In this document: piece by piece, positions 1-10,565 of the stretch
Numbering within the stretch: the first letter of the stretch is position 1
Layout: every line of letters begins with the position of its first letter
Virus record (IMG/VR): IMGVR_UViG_3300027747_003534
Coordinates: 97,521 to 161,520 of that record
Length of the DNA stretch: 64,000 nt
Source of the DNA: a virus
Direction: 5' to 3' (one strand)
Translations under genes and position numbers: made by a program
The notes under the pieces: generated by a model
Told to the model about the DNA's origin: nothing
What the model saw: only the letters and a program-made list of their open reading frames with translations
The model's database searches: none

Positions 1-22
1 AGTATATTTCCTACTGTGAAAC

Positions 23-1147
23 TTAGATACATATTTTTTTTCCTATGTTTTCATAGCTAAATTGATCCGTATTATTTCTTCCGATTTCTCGTTTTTGTTC
101 TAGAGTCTTTCGGTCTTCTTTATGCATTTTATAAACTGTTTGCATTTTATTTATTAAGTCATACATATCAGGCCTATACCAATATTCATTAGCTGTATAA
201 ATATCAAAATCTTTGGACAATGGTCTGTTGTTCACATATACTGGTGTTCTATGACTCTTGATCAAGAAACCGTTATCATAATTAATAAAGTCATTCATAC
301 CGGTATTATCTGTAACTATTGGGGTTTTACCTAAACACAAAGCTTCAGCAGCTGGGCGACAAAAGGCTTCACCATAAGAAGGAGCAATCAAACAATCGCA
401 AGAATTATGTAATCCGATAACATCTTTATATGACAGCCTATCTGTAATAATAATTTCTTTTTTATATTTTGTTCTAATATTTAATTTCTTTTTTATTGTT
501 TCTATTTCATCTTCTATAATTTTATTACTATCATAGGGAGATATTCCTGGTATAGATGTTTTTAAAATCATAGATACTGGCTGATCTATATCAAAAGCCA
601 AATTAAATGCAATAATTAAATCTTCAATATTTTTACGCTCTGTGTACTCACCAATAAAGTAAAACTTAAAAGTTTTATCAATAATATTACTAAAGGCTAG
701 TTTATGATCAGAATATTTTTTTATAAATTCTGTGTCTAATGGTTGAGATATAACTTTGATAGGCTTATTAACGCCTGACTTCATCAAACATTTCTTTTCT
801 TGGCTACTGGGTACCCAAATTTCATCCATTCTATTCATATTGGATATGCATTCGGAATTAGATAAATTATTAGTTTCTAGTTCTGTTAATCCAATATTTT
901 TTTTGTATCTGCCATCATAAAAAAAACAATGAGGTAATGTTTTTTCTATTACAACATCATAATTATCATAAATTGTATTTTCATATTTTAGTAGATCATT
1001 ATCTAGTTCATCATTAGAACTTTGGGCTAAAAAGACTGGCCTTATAGTTAAATTTTTATACTGTGTAGCAAGTGACTTGATATAATTTTTGGTTGCCGAA
1101 CCCCAGCCATCGTTTTGTCTATATGGTCCTATAAATAGTATATTCAT
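23..1147 (-). CDS. GT-B (GT4-like) glycosyltransferase
   Basis: N-terminal MNILFIG..DGWG; RKNIEDLI and SYGEAFCRPAAEALCLGKTPIVT (EGFGLPxxEA-like) motifs. Confidence 0.85.
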   Translation of the reverse strand: MNILFIGPYRQNDGWGSATKNYIKSLATQYKNLTIRPVFLAQSSNDELDNDLLKYENTIYDNYDVVIEKTLPHCFFYDGRYKKNIGLTELETNNLSNSECISNMNRMDEIWVPSSQEKKCLMKSGVNKPIKVISQPLDTEFIKKYSDHKLAFSNIIDKTFKFYFIGEYTERKNIEDLIIAFNLAFDIDQPVSMILKTSIPGISPYDSNKIIEDEIETIKKKLNIRTKYKKEIIITDRLSYKDVIGLHNSCDCLIAPSYGEAFCRPAAEALCLGKTPIVTDNTGMNDFINYDNGFLIKSHRTPVYVNNRPLSKDFDIYTANEYWYRPDMYDLINKMQTVYKMHKEDRKTLEQKREIGRNNTDQFSYENIGKKICI

Positions 1148-2814
1148 TGCAGTCTAGCTTTCATGTTTGCGTATTCAATAAAATCTTCATTTTTTAGATT
1201 ACTATCATTTTCTTTAGCTTTTTGAACTATATTGTTATTGGTGATCATATTATTTAGAACATCTAAAGTCTTTTTGATATTATATGAGTCTGTACTCATT
1301 CCATTGATAGAAAATCCATAATCAAGATCCCTCATCATATTTAACATGACCATAGATGAAGCTATCTGATGGTTGGGCATATGCTTTGATACTATATGAG
1401 TTAATAGATCATAATAGTTATTAATATTTTCTGGAATACTATCTATAGTTGTCATTGTTGGTAAATTTTCATCCCATTTTCCTTGCAGTCCTTTTAGTTG
1501 TATATTATCAAAATACTTTTCCCATTTGCTAGCAATCAAATCCCAATTATAATAATTTTCAGTTAATTTTCTGGTTTCAAATCTTTTTTGATTCTTTAGT
1601 ACTTCTGGCATATTTAGATAGTCATAAAGTATTTTCACCAGATGATCATTATCAGGATAAACTCTAATAGCTTTAGTTTCTAATTCCTTAAAAGCTTGTT
1701 TAATTTGAATTGGATAGCCATTAAGCTTATGTACAACGTCGTTCATTGCGCTATAGTTTACAGAAGCTATAGGAACACCACAAGCAGCTGCCTCAACTTG
1801 AGGCATACCAAAACCTTCACATATGGCATATTGTACATACATGTCAAATGTATTCATTATAGCAGCTAATACTTGGGACGTAACTCCAGAACTGACGTTA
1901 GGCATACTCATAGACTTTTGACCACATCTTGGACAAAATGCTACTGGGTGTTGATATAACGATGAACAAAAATGAGAACAGTTCTTGCAATTATAGGTGA
2001 ATAATACTCTGTTACCGACCTTATATTCTTTTAAGAGTTGTGGTAAATCCCACCCAGCATCAGGATAGCTGGTATGAAGATACAAATATGTTTTTTCTCC
2101 TATGGGGTTATTTTCTGCTTCTAATTTATTTAGTAGCTGTTTAAAAGCAGAGAATAATTCCGGCATTAATTTACGTTTTTGATTCCTCATTACCGAACCA
2201 ACAATGAATGCAGAGGAATCTATACCTAATGAATTTCTCAATAAGTTTCTATTGTTAATTATATTAAATGTTTTAAGATCAACTCCAGGAGAAGTAGTAT
2301 CTATATAATTAATCTTATTATTACTCTGTTGCAACAGTGTGTCTCTGCCGAAATCAGAGTATGTAAATATTGCGTCCGCATGAAGAAATGTATCAATCCA
2401 TTCTTCTTGCTGAGGAGCAGAGTCTACTGTTGGCATTAGAATCCAATGATAAAATGGTCTTAATGGCGAAAACTGTTGGTAGGAATTCATCCAATAGTCT
2501 CGAACATCAAACACAACATCAGGACGAAAGTCTAATAATACTCTTTCAAATCTCCACCGCCCAAATTGATTTTCCGCAGAACTATTGTATTCTTTATGTC
2601 TTGGGTCTTTATCGTCTACGGCATTAGCATAATATCTCCATCTTATATTAATATCTTTTGGATCATTTACTTTGCCATATGAAGCAAATTCTGCTATTTC
2701 ATATTTGCCAGTATCGTGTAGTCTTTTAAGAATTTCTTTAGCATATGTACCGAAACCAGAACTAAGAAAACTAGCTTCGGAACACATGAGAATCTTGAGT
2801 TTTTTATTAGACAT
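1144..2814 (-). CDS. GT4-like glycosyltransferase with CxxC/CxxC zinc-ribbon insertion
   Basis: SGFGTY, RNQKRKLMP, CEGFGMPQVEAAACGVP motifs; inserted CKNC...CPRC. Confidence 0.85.
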   Translation of the reverse strand: MSNKKLKILMCSEASFLSSGFGTYAKEILKRLHDTGKYEIAEFASYGKVNDPKDINIRWRYYANAVDDKDPRHKEYNSSAENQFGRWRFERVLLDFRPDVVFDVRDYWMNSYQQFSPLRPFYHWILMPTVDSAPQQEEWIDTFLHADAIFTYSDFGRDTLLQQSNNKINYIDTTSPGVDLKTFNIINNRNLLRNSLGIDSSAFIVGSVMRNQKRKLMPELFSAFKQLLNKLEAENNPIGEKTYLYLHTSYPDAGWDLPQLLKEYKVGNRVLFTYNCKNCSHFCSSLYQHPVAFCPRCGQKSMSMPNVSSGVTSQVLAAIMNTFDMYVQYAICEGFGMPQVEAAACGVPIASVNYSAMNDVVHKLNGYPIQIKQAFKELETKAIRVYPDNDHLVKILYDYLNMPEVLKNQKRFETRKLTENYYNWDLIASKWEKYFDNIQLKGLQGKWDENLPTMTTIDSIPENINNYYDLLTHIVSKHMPNHQIASSMVMLNMMRDLDYGFSINGMSTDSYNIKKTLDVLNNMITNNNIVQKAKENDSNLKNEDFIEYANMKARLQ

Positions 2815-2825
2815 AAGAAATAGAT

Positions 2826-2845
2826 AGGGGGCTATTAACCCCCCT
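2826..2845 (-). terminator. Probable intrinsic terminator after ssb
   Basis: AGGGGG-CTATTAA-CCCCCCT hairpin followed by a pyrimidine-rich tract on the minus strand. Confidence 0.55.
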
Positions 2846-2886
2846 TCTCGTATTGGTTTATAAAAAGTTATTTAGTAATTAGTAAT

Positions 2887-3273
2887 TCAGAAACTAACAA
2901 CTTCCTCTTCTGAAATTTCCTTAGTGCTCTTCTTGTTGTTATTAGAAAGCTTAGTAATCTTAGAAAAATTATTAACTCTTATCTTAAGAGTATTATGTTT
3001 AACTCCATCCTTTTCCCAAGAATCATTCCTAAGAGACCCCTCAACCAAAACCAAATCACCCTTTTTAAAGGACTGGCTAATAATTTCAGCTCCAGTATCC
3101 CAAGCTTCACACGGAACAAATGTGGTAATCTTATCCTTTTCTCCATTAGCCTTAGTATACTCACGAGAAACAGCAACTGTAAAATTAACTACAGAAGTTT
3201 GCTTGCCATTGGTACTAACTACTCTTAGCTCAGGATCTCTGGCCAGATTACCACGTAAGATATTCAAATTCAT
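2887..3273 (-). CDS. ssb: Single-stranded DNA-binding protein
   Basis: LRGNLARDPELR, FTVAVSR, KGDLVLVEGSLRNDSWEKDG; acidic tail ending in F; ATG at 3273 with AGGAG Shine-Dalgarno. Confidence 0.95.
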   Translation of the reverse strand: MNLNILRGNLARDPELRVVSTNGKQTSVVNFTVAVSREYTKANGEKDKITTFVPCEAWDTGAEIISQSFKKGDLVLVEGSLRNDSWEKDGVKHNTLKIRVNNFSKITKLSNNNKKSTKEISEEEVVSF

Positions 3274-3322
3274 AATCAAATCTCCTTTTAAAGAAAATAA
3301 CCAAATCCAACGAACTCATTTT

Positions 3323-3351
3323 ATAATACGAACTGACGGGACAGCGTCAAG
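3323..3351 (-). promoter_or_regulatory. sigma70-like promoter upstream of ssb
   Basis: CTTGACG-16 bp-TATTAT on the minus strand. Confidence 0.55.
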
Positions 3352-4978
3352 TACTAGGCAGATAAACTTTTTCTACAATTAGTGAATCTCCGCCCTTTGC
3401 CCTAGACCCTTTTATAATAATAACATTACCACTGAATAATAAATTTCTGTAAGTTTTATATGCTTCAGGAAAAAATATAACTGAGTCTAGCAGTCCGGTT
3501 CCGTCACTAACTGTAACAAAAGCCATTTCTAATCCTGGATTTTTACCTTTTTTAGTTTTTGTTATTCCAATATTCTCTATTTCTGAACATAAAATAATAT
3601 TGTCTTTTAGAATACTATTTTTAAAATCTTTACATGTCGTGTTGGTCATAGTGATATCATACATATCAACTTTAGAACATGTAATATTACATCCCAATAT
3701 CTCGTCCTCAGTATCTGCTATCCATTCTGGATTGTCTTCTAATGAATATGGTGGCTTATTAATAGAGTTTATAAGACTTAGTATAATAGTTTTTCTATTT
3801 TTATTTATTTTGGCATTATGATAAAGGTCGTGCATACTATCAGACAGTGTTTTGTATTTACTAAAATTGGCTATTATATGATCACATTCTCTTTTTGTCA
3901 ATTCTAATACTATGCCAAAATCAAACAGCATAGCAGTTCTGCTTTTGCCCAAAAAAGATAGCGATCCAGATTGTATCAGAGCTTTGCTAGCATTAGAATT
4001 AATATTTATAAGAATATTAAACAAAAACTCTAACCAGCTCATATTATCTATGTAAAGATTACGATCCTTCAAGAGTTTATTCAGTTTATCAAAAATTGAT
4101 TGTCCAAATCCTTTGATGTCTGTTAATCCAAAATAAATCTTTTGATTCCTTAACACAAAGTGTCTATTTAGATGTCTAATGTCTGGTATACATACATTAA
4201 TATCCATTTCATTAGCATTTTGCACTAACTCTTTAATTTCAGCTTTAGGATCTATTTTATCTTTAGCAAATCTTAGATATGATGCAAAAAATACTTTGGG
4301 GAAATGTGCCTTGGCATACGCTGAGAGATAAGCGTTGACGGCGTATGAAACAGCATGACTTTTATTAAAGGAGTATCTTTGGCTTTTTTCGACCCAACCA
4401 AAAATTTCTTCTGCTTGTTCAATTGATACCGTATTAATTTCCTTACAGCCATTTAGAAATTTAAGTTTGATTTTAGCCATCTCTTCTGGTTTTTTCTTTC
4501 CAATAGCTTTTCTTAACATATCTGCTTCTTGAAGATCGAAACCAGCAATAACTTTTGCTATTTCCATAGCTTGTTCTTGATAGATCATTTCTCCATAAGT
4601 AGTATGAAGTATCGGCTCTAATGATGGATGATAATAATCAATACTTTCTTGAGCATTCTTTTTGTCAATGTAGTGGTTACTTACATTTTTTCCTTCCCTA
4701 TAGGCCTCCAAACATCCCGGTCTTAGGATGCTAATTAACCCAGATAGTTGTTCGATATTTTCTGGTTTAAGTTTTTTAGCCATAGATTTACCAAGCCTGG
4801 ACTCTAACTGGAAACAACCCTTAGTGTTACCAGAAGATATTAATTCCCAGGTTTTTGTACAGTCTAAGGGGAGATGTTCAATTTTTGGATCAAAATTTAT
4901 CAAAGTATTATCTATTGTATTGTCTCCGCCGACAATATCGAAAGCACATCCACAAGAATATTGGAATTTTTTAGACAT
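3347..4978 (-). CDS. dnaE: DNA polymerase III alpha, C-terminal half (fingers, HhH, OB) of a split gene
   Basis: GCFQLES, LRPG, TYGEMIYQEQAM, ADMLRKAIGKKK, YSFNKSHAVSY, FGLTDIKG, MAFVTVSDGTG motifs. Confidence 0.93.
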   Translation of the reverse strand: MSKKFQYSCGCAFDIVGGDNTIDNTLINFDPKIEHLPLDCTKTWELISSGNTKGCFQLESRLGKSMAKKLKPENIEQLSGLISILRPGCLEAYREGKNVSNHYIDKKNAQESIDYYHPSLEPILHTTYGEMIYQEQAMEIAKVIAGFDLQEADMLRKAIGKKKPEEMAKIKLKFLNGCKEINTVSIEQAEEIFGWVEKSQRYSFNKSHAVSYAVNAYLSAYAKAHFPKVFFASYLRFAKDKIDPKAEIKELVQNANEMDINVCIPDIRHLNRHFVLRNQKIYFGLTDIKGFGQSIFDKLNKLLKDRNLYIDNMSWLEFLFNILININSNASKALIQSGSLSFLGKSRTAMLFDFGIVLELTKRECDHIIANFSKYKTLSDSMHDLYHNAKINKNRKTIILSLINSINKPPYSLEDNPEWIADTEDEILGCNITCSKVDMYDITMTNTTCKDFKNSILKDNIILCSEIENIGITKTKKGKNPGLEMAFVTVSDGTGLLDSVIFFPEAYKTYRNLLFSGNVIIIKGSRAKGGDSLIVEKVYLPST

Positions 4979-5663
4979 TTGTAAAAGAATCTTTGAACTT
5001 AATTTTGTTACTCAAATTACGATGCAGTCTCAAAAATCTGATCAGAATTTCAGCACAGTCTTGCACGTCCTTAAAAGCATCATGTGCCCCAACCTTAGAT
5101 ATTCCAAAATAGTCTCTTAAGGAATCTAAAGTATAGCTCTTAAGATCGCTATTACTTTCAAACCAATAAAATACCAGATTCATCAGATCTATAACATCTC
5201 GTGGATAAAATATATCAGATCTACCTTCTTTATTTGTAAATCCATATTTTATACTGAGTCTGTCTATAATATTCAGATCAAATCTATTAATGTTGTATCC
5301 AGCTGCTATTGGAGCACTAAATTGACTTTTTTTAGATGACCTACTATGATGCATTTCTAAATAATTTGTAAACATTTTCCAAGACTGTTCCTGCGGAGGA
5401 TATTCTTTCCATTGAGATAAAATATCTTCTTTTGAACAACTCCTGACCTTAGCATGAAAATCTAATATGTCTGTAGTATATACATAATTTTCATCTTTAG
5501 CTAAGGTTTCGGGCTTAAAGAAAACATTAAACTCTGATTTGGGAACAATCTCTAATTTTATAGGATCTATTATTAGAGCTGCTATTTGTACAGGACTACA
5601 GATCCTAGGATCGGAACCATCTGTTTCAAAATCAAAAACACAAATTTTATTATAGTTAATCAT
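4971..5663 (-). CDS. DEDDh 3'-5' exonuclease (DnaQ-like)
   Basis: ExoI VFDFETDG, ExoII GYNINRFD, ExoIII HDAFKD. Confidence 0.9.
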   Translation of the reverse strand: MINYNKICVFDFETDGSDPRICSPVQIAALIIDPIKLEIVPKSEFNVFFKPETLAKDENYVYTTDILDFHAKVRSCSKEDILSQWKEYPPQEQSWKMFTNYLEMHHSRSSKKSQFSAPIAAGYNINRFDLNIIDRLSIKYGFTNKEGRSDIFYPRDVIDLMNLVFYWFESNSDLKSYTLDSLRDYFGISKVGAHDAFKDVQDCAEILIRFLRLHRNLSNKIKFKDSFTNV

Positions 5664-5686
5664 TAGTTTTTATATTATAGGGTATC

Positions 5687-5890
5687 TTAAATTAATTCTA
5701 CTTCTACTAGAGGCGTGACCTGAACCTTTTGGGCAGGATCAGAGAGTAACGCTGCGGTCAATACATGACAACAGCTCTTTCTTTCTTCGGGTATTTTTAT
5801 ATATTCACTGACGGGACCACCATTAATCGAAACCTTAAACTTTTGACCAACTGTAAGATCCATAAATTTTACCATAATATTATTCTCCAT
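5687..5890 (-). CDS. Small hypothetical protein (SH3-like?) with SCC motif
   Basis: 67-aa ORF packed between the dnaE N-half and the exonuclease. Confidence 0.6.
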   Translation of the reverse strand: MENNIMVKFMDLTVGQKFKVSINGGPVSEYIKIPEERKSCCHVLTAALLSDPAQKVQVTPLVEVELI

Positions 5891-7757
5891 TTTTTAAAAT
5901 GTCTTGAATAGTCATAATTTTATCCAACATAGCAATACCTAGAATATCAAACTTGATAACGCCAAGAGCTTCCAAATCTTGCATTTCCATACCTGCTATC
6001 ATTTGATCATTTTTGCTGTCATAAACCATCGGACAAATAGTGTTCAAAGGTTCTGAACTTATTGCAATTCCTGCCGCGTGTTTGGATTGATTGGATTTAG
6101 TGCCTTCTAATCTTATAGCCTGCTCAAACCTTTTTGCAAGTGGGCCTTGTAGTTCATTGTTTTCATCTATATAGCACCACTCTTTGAGTTTTTCTGGCTG
6201 ATTTTCTAATGCCCACCGTATTATTGAGGCCTCTCCTGTTTCGTCCTTCATTTCCTGAAGATCGTCAGCAATTTTAGATTCATCTGGTATATTTTTGGTT
6301 ATTTTGTTCATTTCATCAAAACTAATATTTCCATAAACTCTAAGTACATCTTTTAGAGCACCTCTGCCTTTCATAGTATTAAATGTAATCATTTGAGATA
6401 CTTTGTCATGACCATAGGTTTGTTTAATATATTCTATAATGTTTTCTCTTTTGTCTATAGGAACGTCAACATCAATATCTGGCATGGATATATGGTCTTT
6501 AGAATTTCTTCCGCTATTATAGAATCTTTCAAATAACAAACCATATTTTATTGGATCAATACTGGTAATACCTATCAAGTATGACACTAAACAACCAGAA
6601 GCAGATCCTCTTCCGGGTCCAGGCAGCCAGCCATTTTTCCTTACATAGTTTACAATGTCTTGTACTATTAAAAAATAACTAGATAATCCTGCTCCCTGTA
6701 ATATATCTAGTTCATATTTCACTCTGTCTACATAAATTTGTTGCTCTTCCTTCGGAATAATATTAGCAATTTTAGCTTTCCAACCTTTGCGACATAATTC
6801 TCTCAGATATTCAACATCATCCATTCCTTTGGGACATGGAAAAGGAGGTAGTCTTGGCTTATGTAGGATATTATATTCTTCGCACATATCTGCTACTAAG
6901 TTAGTATTAACTATTTCTTCTTCTGTGTGTAATTGTGCTATTTCTTCTTGTGATAATATATGAAAATTTTCAGATGTAAAAAAGCATCCTAACGCCACAT
7001 CATCGTCATTAGCTATTTTTCTGCTAATATCAGGAAATGTCATTTTTAAATTATTACATAATAATATTCTTTGATCTATTGCATCTTCTTTACGGGAGTA
7101 ATGAGCATCCGGTGTGCATATAATCTTAGTATTGGTAATTTTGGATAATTTTCTGATTGCTTCAGTTAAAACCTCTTGCATAGGAGTATTCTCTTTATCC
7201 ATAAGTTGCGCTTCCAAGAAGAAATTATCTGATCCAAAAATATCTTTGTAAAGAGATATTTCTTGTGTTCCTATATCTATCCAATTTGGTTTGAGGTTAT
7301 AGTTATCAGTTATTTTATCTGCTAATGTTGATCCAAGATGTCCACAAAAGGCTATAATATTATTATTGCAAAATTGAGCTAGATTGTTTAATGCTAGTCT
7401 TGGCTTGTGATAATAAAAATTTGGACGATTTGATTCTGATACTATTCTTATTAAACTTTCCCAACCTTTATAGTTTTTTGCTAAAATTACCAAATGACTT
7501 AATTTTTTATTTTCCGGCTTTTGTATTGATGGATCTAAATCACAAATATATAGCTCACACCCCAATATAGGCTTTATTCCATGTTTTTTCATTTCGGTAT
7601 AAAACTTAACACATCCTGCTATATTACCATGATCCGTGATAGCACATGACGTTGCTCCGATCTCTAAACATCTCTCAGCAATAGTAGACGGTTGAGATAA
7701 TCCATCCAATAAAGAATATGTAGAATGAACATGAAGAGGTATATAATTGACTGCCAT
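5880..7757 (-). CDS. dnaE: DNA polymerase III alpha, N-terminal half (PHP + palm) of a split gene
   Basis: LHVHSTYSLLDG, TDHGN, DAHY, GPGRGSA, SMPDIDVD, KHAAG, KFDILG; ends about 20 aa after KFDILG. Confidence 0.95.
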   Translation of the reverse strand: MAVNYIPLHVHSTYSLLDGLSQPSTIAERCLEIGATSCAITDHGNIAGCVKFYTEMKKHGIKPILGCELYICDLDPSIQKPENKKLSHLVILAKNYKGWESLIRIVSESNRPNFYYHKPRLALNNLAQFCNNNIIAFCGHLGSTLADKITDNYNLKPNWIDIGTQEISLYKDIFGSDNFFLEAQLMDKENTPMQEVLTEAIRKLSKITNTKIICTPDAHYSRKEDAIDQRILLCNNLKMTFPDISRKIANDDDVALGCFFTSENFHILSQEEIAQLHTEEEIVNTNLVADMCEEYNILHKPRLPPFPCPKGMDDVEYLRELCRKGWKAKIANIIPKEEQQIYVDRVKYELDILQGAGLSSYFLIVQDIVNYVRKNGWLPGPGRGSASGCLVSYLIGITSIDPIKYGLLFERFYNSGRNSKDHISMPDIDVDVPIDKRENIIEYIKQTYGHDKVSQMITFNTMKGRGALKDVLRVYGNISFDEMNKITKNIPDESKIADDLQEMKDETGEASIIRWALENQPEKLKEWCYIDENNELQGPLAKRFEQAIRLEGTKSNQSKHAAGIAISSEPLNTICPMVYDSKNDQMIAGMEMQDLEALGVIKFDILGIAMLDKIMTIQDILKNGE

Positions 7758-7762
7758 ATATA

Positions 7763-8803
7763 TTAAACGCTGCCGGGTGCCTTGTAGTGTCCTATACTAT
7801 AACCCGGAACTTGGTATTGGTCAACTACCTCGTCTACGCCTTTTATATCCATATCATGTTTGACCTGTTCACATTTGGTCATACATTGATCTTTTGGTGT
7901 TACTTGATTATCTCTGTATTCAATTATTGGTAACACATGAGTATTTGCAAATGTACTTTTGCCAAAATGACAGAATTTAGTACATTTCCAACTTTTATTT
8001 AATTGTGGCTTATATGTATTTTTTATTGTTTCAAATTTTGCCTTAAGCATCATTTCCGTTTGGAATATATCTTTTTTATCAAAACATATACTGAATGCTC
8101 CACCATCATTTATAAAATATATAGAAACCATGACATGTTCTATCTCTGGATATAAATGCTGTATAGCATAATGATATATTCTTAACTGAGCATCATTTTG
8201 TAACTTCGCCTGTGTTTTTTCCTCACCTGTTGCCCAATCTAATCGTCTCCCTGTTTTATAGTCAACTATTTCTAATGTTTTATCATTAACCCTAGTAATT
8301 AAGTCTATTGTTCCTTTTATGGCTAGATTGCCTTCTAATATTCCATCTTTCGTTTCATATTTATATTTAGCCCATGGCTTATTAATTTCAATATCAAAAC
8401 GTTGTTCAGGCTGAACTATATCTTGATTTCTAGGGTCAAACATACCATTATTATACTCTAATGCTTTATATACCCAATTATGACAATCTTTATAGTCCTT
8501 TGGGGTCCAAGAGTGGTGCTTTTCGGCAGATGAATAATGGTTGTATACTTTTTCAATTATTGTATTTAAATTATAGTCCTTTGTATTGATTTTTCCAATA
8601 ATATCGTCTTCTATCGTGGGTAATCCATCTTGGATACCTTTTTTAATAATAGCAAGAATCTCCATTACCTTATGTAAAACTGTGCCTTTAGCAGCTTTTA
8701 GCCCGCTTGGACTTCTTATTCCTAAAACATATTCAAGCATATATTGCATAGGACATAAGCTATGTGTACCATAACTGGAACTGCGTATGTATGTGATAAT
8801 CAT
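7763..8803 (-). CDS. PD-(D/E)XK exonuclease (Cas4/AddB-like, Cys-ligated)
   Basis: KGTVLH, GTIDL, IVDYKTG, QLRIY; Cys at LCP and C-terminal CTKFCHF. Confidence 0.85.
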   Translation of the reverse strand: MIITYIRSSSYGTHSLCPMQYMLEYVLGIRSPSGLKAAKGTVLHKVMEILAIIKKGIQDGLPTIEDDIIGKINTKDYNLNTIIEKVYNHYSSAEKHHSWTPKDYKDCHNWVYKALEYNNGMFDPRNQDIVQPEQRFDIEINKPWAKYKYETKDGILEGNLAIKGTIDLITRVNDKTLEIVDYKTGRRLDWATGEEKTQAKLQNDAQLRIYHYAIQHLYPEIEHVMVSIYFINDGGAFSICFDKKDIFQTEMMLKAKFETIKNTYKPQLNKSWKCTKFCHFGKSTFANTHVLPIIEYRDNQVTPKDQCMTKCEQVKHDMDIKGVDEVVDQYQVPGYSIGHYKAPGSV

Positions 8804-9414
8804 TAATTTAAAATTTCAGTCTTATTTAGGAATTGTTCTATAAGTTTATTTTTTTCAGACATATCCATATTATCATTATCTATAACAATACTAAATTTTT
8901 CCCAATTATAATTAGTAGGATCCAAAGCAATTTCAGCATCAGCTTGCGAGGCGAAAGGATCTTTTGTTACCCTTATAACATAGCCGCCTAAATTTAGTAT
9001 TTGATCAACTTCATTAGGAAATCTACAGTCTGGAATTATAGCTATGTCAGGATTTTGTTTTTTGATACTGTTGAGTGTTGCTTGGACCCAAACATCATTC
9101 TTTATTTTACGAAAAATATTGGTACCAATTATCTCCATTACTTCCCTAGCAGACATTGGTCCAATAAAATCTCCATCATATCCAGGAATATTTTCCCATA
9201 GTATATCTGTTAAACTATTCTTATCAGTATCAGTTCCATAGCACTGGTCATATGTTAACCCTAGCATATTTATACATATGTCTTGTTTTAATGGGTCAGC
9301 AAAACTATAGATTTTATTGCTGATGTTTCTATGGTTTAATAAAGCTTGTATATGTTCTGCTCCAGTACTTTTGCCAGATTGTTTTCTTCCAGAGAATGCT
9401 ATAATTTTGGTCAT
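8803..9414 (-). CDS. Deoxynucleoside monophosphate kinase
   Basis: GRKQSGKST P-loop, SFADPLK, REVMEIIGT, PDCRFPNE. Confidence 0.88.
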   Translation of the reverse strand: MTKIIAFSGRKQSGKSTGAEHIQALLNHRNISNKIYSFADPLKQDICINMLGLTYDQCYGTDTDKNSLTDILWENIPGYDGDFIGPMSAREVMEIIGTNIFRKIKNDVWVQATLNSIKKQNPDIAIIPDCRFPNEVDQILNLGGYVIRVTKDPFASQADAEIALDPTNYNWEKFSIVIDNDNMDMSEKNKLIEQFLNKTEILN

Positions 9415-10565
9415 TCAATACTTTCTATATAATCATGAATTTGTTCTTTAATCTCTATAGATGTCATTTCGCCAACATCGGGTTTACTGATTTTAGGTAT
9501 AAAAATACGATATGTATTTTTACATTTTGAACTAATCTGTTCAGAAGCTTTGCGACCAGCTTCATCTTGATCAGTTAGTATTATAAGAGTCATAGCTCCC
9601 GAAGAATCCAAAATAATTTTTTGCCTATCGCTTAATGATGATCCAAACATAGCTACGCTGTTATGAATACCATTTTCCTCCAATCTCCATACATTGCCTG
9701 GGCTTTCAACTATAATAGCTGTAGCTGATTTTTGTATAAATGATTTTGCAAACCAAAAATTATATAAGCAATTTTGACTCTTAAAATTTGAACTATGTTT
9801 CCACTTAGAAAATAACCACCTATTATGTTCTGGTGGACATTCCTGTATATTGTCATGATAAGATGAGCATGAGTTACATTTTTCAAATATGCTTCTACCT
9901 GAACAGCCTATCATATGATGATAGTCGTTATCATAAATTGGCACAACAACCCTGTTATACATTTCCTTATTTGGTTTAGAGCATAGTCCTATATCATATT
10001 TATCTAATATTTCTGCAGAGTAATTGCGGTTAGTATAATAGTTGGCTGGTATAGATAAAGACCTTCTTATTTGTTCTCTGAGTGGTTTTGGTCCATCATT
10101 TTGCGATATCGGTTTATTTGTTAAATAATTGACGGCGCTAGAGAAAAACTGTTTATCTTTTGATGATTTAGATATCTTTATACTATCAAGATCTTTTTTA
10201 AGAAAATTTAGAGCAAAATTTAAAGCTTCATCAAATGAACAAGACTTATCTCCATCTTTAGACCAACCATATTTATTATGAGATAATATTCCTCTAATAA
10301 ATCCTATAATAGAAGACTTGAAAATTTGTTCGCAATTGTGTGTTCTGCATTTCCAATTGCCTCTGTATGTATCTCCCTCTGGATAAAGATTAATAGCAGA
10401 TTTATTATCTCCACCATGTATTGGACATGACATAGTAATCATCTTAGAATTATTTCTATATTCTATTTGAAAAACATCAAGTAGATCACAGACATTATCG
10501 CAAAGATTATCACAAACAACTTTTAATTTAGCCTGGTCTTTAGTCGAACTTGATTTCTTGTTCAT
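9411..10565 (-). CDS. dnaG: DnaG-type DNA primase (zinc finger + TOPRIM)
   Basis: CPIH..C..C zinc finger, RVVVPI, SGRSI, IIVES, DQDEAG; start uncertain (ORF open to 10607). Confidence 0.85.
   Translation of the reverse strand: MNKKSSSTKDQAKLKVVCDNLCDNVCDLLDVFQIEYRNNSKMITMSCPIHGGDNKSAINLYPEGDTYRGNWKCRTHNCEQIFKSSIIGFIRGILSHNKYGWSKDGDKSCSFDEALNFALNFLKKDLDSIKISKSSKDKQFFSSAVNYLTNKPISQNDGPKPLREQIRRSLSIPANYYTNRNYSAEILDKYDIGLCSKPNKEMYNRVVVPIYDNDYHHMIGCSGRSIFEKCNSCSSYHDNIQECPPEHNRWLFSKWKHSSNFKSQNCLYNFWFAKSFIQKSATAIIVESPGNVWRLEENGIHNSVAMFGSSLSDRQKIILDSSGAMTLIILTDQDEAGRKASEQISSKCKNTYRIFIPKISKPDVGEMTSIEIKEQIHDYIESIE

Noticed and set aside
3347-7757. Split intein in dnaE
   Set aside because: No IntN after the N-half and no His-Asn/Cys junction at the start of the C-half
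7763-8803. CRISPR-Cas system based on the Cas4-like nuclease
   Set aside because: No repeat-spacer array or other cas genes seen; the gene is in a replication context
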